Source of the DNA: an uncultured delta proteobacterium
GTDB taxonomy: Bacteria > Desulfobacterota > Desulfomonilia > UBA1062
Length of the DNA stretch: 64,000 nt
Direction: 5' to 3'
Assembly: GCA_963752595.1 (NCBI GenBank)
Contig: CAVVYZ010000002.1
Span: forward strand, 288,001-352,000
The stretch's first letter is position 1. Each line of letters begins with the position of its first letter. This document shows positions 58,142 to 64,000 of the stretch, in pieces. Position numbers and translations under genes: made by a program. The notes under the pieces were generated by a model. That model was not told the DNA's origin. It searched no databases and was given only the letters and a program-made list of their open reading frames with translations.

Positions 58142-60046
58142 TTATGTATTGAACTTGGCTGAGAGCTCTTCCAGCTCTTCCCATCGCTGATATGCCTCGT
58201 CGAGCTGCTTTTCAAGCGCCTCCAGCCTCTCGTTGGCAGAGATGATCGTATGCACGTCACTGCTTTTCTGGAACTCAGGCGCATTCAGGGTTGCGATCAG
58301 GTTATTCTTGTCCTGCTCCAGGGCCTCTATGGTTTGGGGAAGGATCTCCAGTTCGCGTTCTTCTTTATACGAGAGCTTGCTCTTTTCCCTGGCGGGCTTC
58401 ACGGATTTGATCTTATCAACCTGATTTTTCCGTGTTGCCGGTTCGATCTGTGCCGGTCTCTGCCTGAGCCAGTCGTCATACCCGCCGACATACTCCGCCA
58501 GGCTGCCCACGCCCTCAAAGACAATCGTGGAAGTGACCACGTTATTGAGGAATGCCCGGTCATGACTCACCATAAGGACCGTACCGCTGTACTGCACGAG
58601 CCTGTCTTCAAGCAGTTCCAGCGTTTCGGCGTCCAGGTCGTTGGTCGGTTCGTCCAGCACAAGCACATTCGACGGCATGCTGAAAAGCCTGGCCAGGAGC
58701 AGCCGGTTGCGCTCCCCTCCCGATAAGCTCTTCACCGGTGACATGATCTGCTCGCGAGAGAAGAGGAAATCCTGGAGGAAGCCTATGATGTGCCGGGGGG
58801 AGCCGTTCACGAAGACCTGATCGTTGCAGCCTGCGACATTTTCCTTCACGGTCCTGTCTTCATCGAGCTGGGCCCTGAGCTGATCGAAATAGGCTATCCT
58901 GATGTTGGTGCCCAGGCGGATCTTCCCCTGAAAGGGCTGGAGATCTCCCAGGAGGAGCTTTAAGAGCGTAGTCTTGCCCGATCCGTTCGGGCCGATGATG
59001 CCTACCTTGTCGCCCCGCATCACAGTGGTGGAAAATGACCTGATGATATTTTTCTCCCCGTAGGAAAAGCTGATCTTCTCGGCACTGATCACGAGCCGGC
59101 CGCTTCTCTCCGCTTCCTGAAGAACGAGATTCACGTTACCGGCCTGGTTTCGCCTGAGGGCACGCTGCGTCCGCATCTCCATCAATGCGTTCACCCTGCC
59201 TTCATTCCTTGTGCGCCGGGCTTTGATACCCTGCCTGACCCAGACCTCCTCTTTCGCAAGCTTTTTATCGAAATCCTGGCGCTGTTTCTCCTCAGCCTCC
59301 AGCATAGCTTGCCTCCTCTGGAGGTACGCCGGGTAACCGGAGGAAAAGGACAAGAGCCTGCCCCGGTCGATTTCGACAATGCGCGTTGAGAGCTTGCGCA
59401 AGAATTCCCGGTCGTGTGTTACAAACATGATCGTATGTTCATATGAGAGCAGAAAATCCTCGAGCCAGAGGATCGAGCTGATATCGAGATGGTTGGTGGG
59501 CTCGTCCAGGAGCAGGATATCCGGCTCGTTCACCAGGGCCCGCGCGAGGAAAACCCTTCGCTTCATCCCGGCGGACAGGTTCTTGAAGAGGGCATTTTCA
59601 TCCAGACCGGTCTTGGTGATCACTGTCTCGACCTGCTGGTGGAAATTCCAGGCCCCGGATGATTCCAGCTTGTGCTGGATCCGGTCGAGTTTTCCGAGCA
59701 GTTTCTGGTCGTGTGCTTCAGCCACGCGTACTGTGAGATCGTGGTATTCTTTCAGCCTCTCCAGATGCTCAAGCCCGCCGGATGCAACGATCTCATAGAC
59801 CGTTCCCGGCATTTCGTCCGGGACGTCCTGGGGGAGCAGGGCGATCCTGATGTCCCCGTTCGGGATGATCCGGCCTGCATCCGGAGCCAAGTCTCCATGT
59901 ATCGTCTTCAGGAGCGTGGACTTGCCGGAGCCGTTGCGGCCGAGCAGTCCGATCCTCTCTCCCGGCTCTATGCTGAGCACGGCGCCTTCGAAGAGCGCAG
60001 GACCGCCGAAGCTTACTGAAACGTCATTTATGATCAAAAGGCCCAT
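58142..60046 (-). CDS. uup: ABC-F family ATPase Uup
   Basis: Two ABC cassettes (GRNGSGKST/LDEPTNHLD and GPNGSGKTT/LSGGERNR/LDEPTNDLD), QGIKARRTRNEGRV, C-terminal KLSYKEEREL coiled coil. Confidence 0.92.
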   Translation of the reverse strand: MGLLIINDVSVSFGGPALFEGAVLSIEPGERIGLLGRNGSGKSTLLKTIHGDLAPDAGRIIPNGDIRIALLPQDVPDEMPGTVYEIVASGGLEHLERLKEYHDLTVRVAEAHDQKLLGKLDRIQHKLESSGAWNFHQQVETVITKTGLDENALFKNLSAGMKRRVFLARALVNEPDILLLDEPTNHLDISSILWLEDFLLSYEHTIMFVTHDREFLRKLSTRIVEIDRGRLLSFSSGYPAYLQRRQAMLEAEEKQRQDFDKKLAKEEVWVRQGIKARRTRNEGRVNALMEMRTQRALRRNQAGNVNLVLQEAERSGRLVISAEKISFSYGEKNIIRSFSTTVMRGDKVGIIGPNGSGKTTLLKLLLGDLQPFQGKIRLGTNIRIAYFDQLRAQLDEDRTVKENVAGCNDQVFVNGSPRHIIGFLQDFLFSREQIMSPVKSLSGGERNRLLLARLFSMPSNVLVLDEPTNDLDAETLELLEDRLVQYSGTVLMVSHDRAFLNNVVTSTIVFEGVGSLAEYVGGYDDWLRQRPAQIEPATRKNQVDKIKSVKPAREKSKLSYKEERELEILPQTIEALEQDKNNLIATLNAPEFQKSSDVHTIISANERLEALEKQLDEAYQRWEELEELSAKFNT

Positions 60047-60257
60047 ATTGTCACTCGTCCGTGAACTTCCCCATCTCCTTATGGAAGAATCATCAGATTG
60101 TCCATGACATTTATCAGGCAAACGATTTTGGGAAGCATATATGCATCGATATTGCCGTAATAGGTGGACAGGCGATTCATAACTTGTTAAAATATTACCG
60201 ATACCTTATGGAATGTCAGGGGTAAGCAGGCATCCTTGATACCCGCGAGGGGAGGGA

Positions 60258-61061
60258 ATGAGGGGCAAGAAGAAATCATCGGGCATCCTGGTCTTTCCGG
60301 TCATACTGATCCTGTCGCTTCTCCTCGCGAGCTGCGGCCCGAGGTGGAAGAACGTACAGCCGTACCAGAGCAAAGGAGTGCATCAACGCCAGGCAGCCAC
60401 GACCATCCGGAAGATGGGGTATACCATCCAGGTTGGTGCATTTGCCAAGGTGAGCAATGCAGCCAGGCTTACAAAATCGCTGGAAGGACAAGGGCTCAAT
60501 GCATTTTACTTTGCCCATAAATCAGGTCTCTACAAGGTGCGTTTCGGCAACTACGATACTTTGGCCAAGGCCCGGAAAGAGGTGGGCAGGCTTCAGGGGC
60601 TCGATATCATCGATGAGTACTACATCGTGAATCCGAGCGAATACACCATCTCACGGACCATTATGCTCGCGCAGGGAGGAAAGGCCCTGAGAAACGAGCT
60701 CGTCAAAACGGCACATACGTATATCGGGCTGCCGTACCAGTGGGGGGCGTGCACGATAAACGGCCCCAATGACTGCAGCGGGCTTGTCATGGCAGTGTAC
60801 GAGCTCAACGGCCTGAACGTGCCGAGGACTTCCGAAGAGCAGTACCAGTATGGCATTTCCATCGGTAAGGAAGAACTTAAGAAAGGCGACCTCGTCTTCT
60901 TTTCAACGAACGGCCCGGGCCATGTCAGTCATGTGGGCATCTACATCGGCGATGACAAATTCATCCATGCGCCGGGCACAGGCAAAACCATCTGCGAAGA
61001 AACACTTTCACGTGAATACTACAGCAGCCGCTTCTACGGTGCATGCACGTACCTTCGGTGA
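60258..61061 (+). CDS. SPOR + NlpC/P60 lipoprotein (cell-wall peptidase)
   Basis: Lipobox LLASC, YTIQVGAF (SPOR), PYQWG..DCSGL, GDLVFF, SHVGIY..FIHA. Confidence 0.9.
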   Translation: MRGKKKSSGILVFPVILILSLLLASCGPRWKNVQPYQSKGVHQRQAATTIRKMGYTIQVGAFAKVSNAARLTKSLEGQGLNAFYFAHKSGLYKVRFGNYDTLAKARKEVGRLQGLDIIDEYYIVNPSEYTISRTIMLAQGGKALRNELVKTAHTYIGLPYQWGACTINGPNDCSGLVMAVYELNGLNVPRTSEEQYQYGISIGKEELKKGDLVFFSTNGPGHVSHVGIYIGDDKFIHAPGTGKTICEETLSREYYSSRFYGACTYLR

Positions 61062-61184
61062 GCACGGCCAGTGAATAAAAAGCATAAGTCTTAAGGGGCA
61101 ATGTCCGCGCCGGAAGCCACTCCTGACGGAATAGATCTTTTCCGTATATCCTGCGGTCATCCGTTCGCCGTGATACGTACCGGT

Positions 61185-62384
61185 TCATACATGCGAGGTT
61201 TTCAGTTCGATGAGGGAAAACCATTTCTTCGGATCAGTATACCAGTTTGATATGTGAAGTCCTGCCTGAGGGAACAGCCTCTCAATGCCTTCTCTGCTGT
61301 ATTTCCTGCTGATCTCGGTATGGATCGTCTCCCCTTGACCCAGATGGACCGGCATGCTGAGATCTGCTATGTATGCGCTCACACTCCTCCGGGCGCGGAG
61401 GTGCATCTCGATCTGTTCCCGATCAGCATTGAAAAAAGCCTTATGATCGAAATCTTCCTCATGGAAGTCAGCACTGAGCTTGTGATTGATGTGGTGAATG
61501 ATATTGAGATTGAATTCCGCAGTAACCCCGAATCGATCGTTGTAGGCTGCCTCTATGATTTCGACGGATTTAAGCATATCCATGCCGATGAGCAGGCGGT
61601 CTTCCCGTTCCATGCTTCGGGCAAGTTCCCTGAGGAATACAGCTCCTTCGTCATCCGGAAAATTTCCGATGGAGCTGCCGAAGAAGGTTATCAGCTTCCG
61701 GGTTCGAGGGATATGCCCCATGCTCCGGATAAAGTCACCGATGATCCCGTAGATATTCAAGCCGTCAAAACTCGCAAGAAGGCTTCGAGCTGACCGGAGA
61801 AGGCCTATTTCGCTGATATCCATGGGTACATAACGTATCTTTTCCAGGCAGTTCGGCTGCACCACTTGCAGGAGTTTCCTGATCTTGAGGTCCGATCCGC
61901 TCCCTATCTCGATGAGGTCTCCGCCGTCTTGGGCAAAAAAATCCATGATACGCGGTGCATATTCATCGAGGATGCTCAGCTCGGTACGGGTCGGATAATA
62001 CTCGGGCAGGCAGCATATTTCATCGAAGAGCATTGAGCCTCGAGCATCGTAGAGGTATTTGCACGGAATGGATTTCCGGGAACCTGACAAGCCGTTTCCG
62101 ACATCATGTTGCATTTCCGAGTGGAAATCATGATCATTGCAGTTCAGGAGGCTAAGCCTTTGCTCGGGAGGCGATGCTCTCCTTGGGGGCGAAACGGGCA
62201 TGTCACTCGGCATGGTAAAGGGGCTTGTGCTGCATGCAAGGCAAGCTTCACCCTGCACACTGCTATACGCCTCGCTGCATTGAGGGCAGAGGCGGCAGCT
62301 CCGTAACCGATAGGTTTTATTGTCTTTCGCACCCAGTCTGGGGTTTGGTTTTTTCATACGACAGCCTTTCTTAGCAAGATTCAT
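61185..62384 (-). CDS. egtD: L-histidine N-alpha-trimethyltransferase (EgtD/EanA-like) with Cys-rich N-terminal extension
   Basis: KSIPCKYLYDARGSMLFDEIC.LPEYYPTRTE, IEIGSG, FFGSSIGNF, AAYND..GVTAEFN, IEMHL, ETIHTEISRKY. Confidence 0.9.
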   Translation of the reverse strand: MNLAKKGCRMKKPNPRLGAKDNKTYRLRSCRLCPQCSEAYSSVQGEACLACSTSPFTMPSDMPVSPPRRASPPEQRLSLLNCNDHDFHSEMQHDVGNGLSGSRKSIPCKYLYDARGSMLFDEICCLPEYYPTRTELSILDEYAPRIMDFFAQDGGDLIEIGSGSDLKIRKLLQVVQPNCLEKIRYVPMDISEIGLLRSARSLLASFDGLNIYGIIGDFIRSMGHIPRTRKLITFFGSSIGNFPDDEGAVFLRELARSMEREDRLLIGMDMLKSVEIIEAAYNDRFGVTAEFNLNIIHHINHKLSADFHEEDFDHKAFFNADREQIEMHLRARRSVSAYIADLSMPVHLGQGETIHTEISRKYSREGIERLFPQAGLHISNWYTDPKKWFSLIELKTSHV

Positions 62385-64000
62385 CAGCGGCAGGAGACAA
62401 AACGGACCGTCTGCAAGGATTCCCTGATTATCCGGTCCATTGCACTCAGGGTCCTGTCGATCTCCGCTGCAGTGGTTTCTCTGCCCAGAGAGAAACGCAA
62501 GGCGCAGTGTGCCTGTTCTTCCGTGATCCCCATGGCCAGCAGAGCTTGGGAAGGTTTTGGAGAGCCTGACCGGCAGGCCGAGCCTGATGACAGGGATATC
62601 CCTTCAGCATCGAGGGCAAACACCATGGATTCCCCGCGGATTCCGGGCAGAGAGATGTTGAGTGTATTGGGAAGCCGGTCCGCACTATCGCCGTTGATCA
62701 CGGCCCCGGGAACCATGGACATGATGCCTTCCTGGAGCCTGTCGCGCAGCCGTGCCGTTTCCGAACCCATCTCCCGGAGGCCTCTATCAGCGAACTCTGC
62801 CGCTTTGCCGAGCCCGATGATGCCGATGCTGTTTTCTGTCCCCGCCCGGAGGCCGTGCTCCTGTCTGCCGCCGTGGATAAGAGGTTCGACCATGGCGCTG
62901 TTCCGGACATAGAGCGCCCCGACTCCTTTCGGGCCGTGGAATTTATGTGCCGAAAGGGTGAGAAAATCCGTTCCAAGGGACATGACATCCACGGGGATCT
63001 TCCCTACGGCCTGGACAGCGTCCGTATGGAAGAGCGAGCCTCTGCCATGGGCTATGGCTGCAAGCTCGGCTATGGGCTGGATGGTTCCGGTCTCGTTGCT
63101 GGCAGTCATGATACTCACGAGGAAAGTGTCTTCCGTCATGGCCTCTTGGAGGCTTTCAGAGCTTATCATGCCGCCGGTGTCGACCGGGAGATAGGTCACC
63201 CTGAATCCGAATCTCGCCAGCCATGCACAGGCCATGAGCACCGACGGGTGCTCAATCAAAGAGGTAATCAGCTGTTTTTTCCGGTTCCAGGGAGCCAGGG
63301 CCGTGCCCTTGATGACCTGGTTGTTGGCTTCGCTGCCGCAGCCGGTGAAAACAATCCTCCTGGCCGTACTGCCGATGAGTTTGGCAACTTTGCGCCGTGC
63401 ATTCTCTATGGCGACCTTCACCTGCCTGCCGTCCTGATGGAGGGCGCTGGCATTCCCGAAGAGGATTTTCATGGCGTGATGCATCTCTGATACTACTTCC
63501 GGCGCAGGGGCAGTGGTTGCGTTGTGGTCAAGGTATATCCTATGTTGCGATAGTGCTGCAACATACCGCCTCCGGGGAACCCGGCCGGCCTCCCCAGTAT
63601 CGACATGGACCGCATTACCGGATTGTTCAACCCTGAGCACATCGCACAGCAGCGACTTATAAATGGGGAATCCGGAAATCGGATCATAGCGGAGGTCGGT
63701 AAGGTCGTTGATATTGCAGCGCTTCCAGGCTTGAGGGCCGAGCGGCCCGCCACCGCCCATGTTTGCGTCGATGGCGCCGCAGACGATATCGTCGGTGACG
63801 ATGGCCCGCATCCTGACTTCACCCCGCGGGCTCTTCACCAGTACCTCATCGCCGTAGCGTATATCCCGTGAAGCGGCATCACGGGTGTTTATCATCACCG
63901 TGGGCTCCGGGCGCTCTTTCACCAGGCCTTTGATATGGTGGAACTGGCTTCTGAAGTCGGTAGTCACCCGGGAGCCGGAATTGAATACCAGGGGATAGGA
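62384..64000 (-). CDS. Molybdopterin-dinucleotide-binding domain fused to cysteine desulfurase (MES-like ergothioneine synthase), 5' partial
   Basis: Open to the window edge: YPLVFNSGSR..FRSQF, INTRDA..GDEV..SPRGEV, NINDLT..YDPISGFP; then IYLDHNATT, FTGCGSEANN, HTDAVQ, SAHKFHGPKG, SSGSAC. Confidence 0.88.
   Translation of the reverse strand, partial: SYPLVFNSGSRVTTDFRSQFHHIKGLVKERPEPTVMINTRDAASRDIRYGDEVLVKSPRGEVRMRAIVTDDIVCGAIDANMGGGGPLGPQAWKRCNINDLTDLRYDPISGFPIYKSLLCDVLRVEQSGNAVHVDTGEAGRVPRRRYVAALSQHRIYLDHNATTAPAPEVVSEMHHAMKILFGNASALHQDGRQVKVAIENARRKVAKLIGSTARRIVFTGCGSEANNQVIKGTALAPWNRKKQLITSLIEHPSVLMACAWLARFGFRVTYLPVDTGGMISSESLQEAMTEDTFLVSIMTASNETGTIQPIAELAAIAHGRGSLFHTDAVQAVGKIPVDVMSLGTDFLTLSAHKFHGPKGVGALYVRNSAMVEPLIHGGRQEHGLRAGTENSIGIIGLGKAAEFADRGLREMGSETARLRDRLQEGIMSMVPGAVINGDSADRLPNTLNISLPGIRGESMVFALDAEGISLSSGSACRSGSPKPSQALLAMGITEEQAHCALRFSLGRETTAAEIDRTLSAMDRIIRESLQTVRFVSCR

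Overview
This is a chromosomal segment from what looks like an anaerobic deltaproteobacterium (Desulfobacterota/Syntrophales-like). That placement is inferred from gene content, the Ahb heme pathway and the tmRNA tag ADDYSYALAA. Bases 1-36.8 kb are mostly core genes: uvrC, pth, an M23 peptidase, nadC-nadA-nadB, rplU-rpmA-obgE-proB-proA-nadD-rsfS-rlmH, hemB-ahbD-ahbA, manC, accD-folC-lptD, a DUF4388/roadblock/receiver signalling cluster, gmhA and tmRNA. An ~11.2 kb island sits in the 3' end of the tmRNA gene (att repeats near 36781 and 47981). It carries an integrase C-terminal remnant, a NucS-like nuclease fragment and a five-gene defence operon hsdR-hsdM-hsdS-ABC ATPase-HNH. This operon is the best candidate for an undescribed system. 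HsdS has a ~175 aa winged-helix-like tail, HsdM has a large insertion, and the ATPase contains a Thr-rich linker followed by the CRISPR RAMP/Cas7-like motif PTIPGSALKGMIRESLE. The right part holds GH15 plus glucose dehydrogenase, a broken PAS kinase, a CoA-disulfide reductase-rhodanese, an acyl-CoA dehydrogenase-rubredoxin fusion, a fatty acid-CoA ligase, uup, an NlpC/P60 lipoprotein, and egtD with a molybdopterin-cysteine desulfurase fusion (MES-type anaerobic ergothioneine synthesis). Many genes, including normally essential nadD, carry single-base frameshifts. These are probably sequencing or assembly errors, so pseudogene calls are uncertain. All assignments come from motif recognition by eye; no database search was run.
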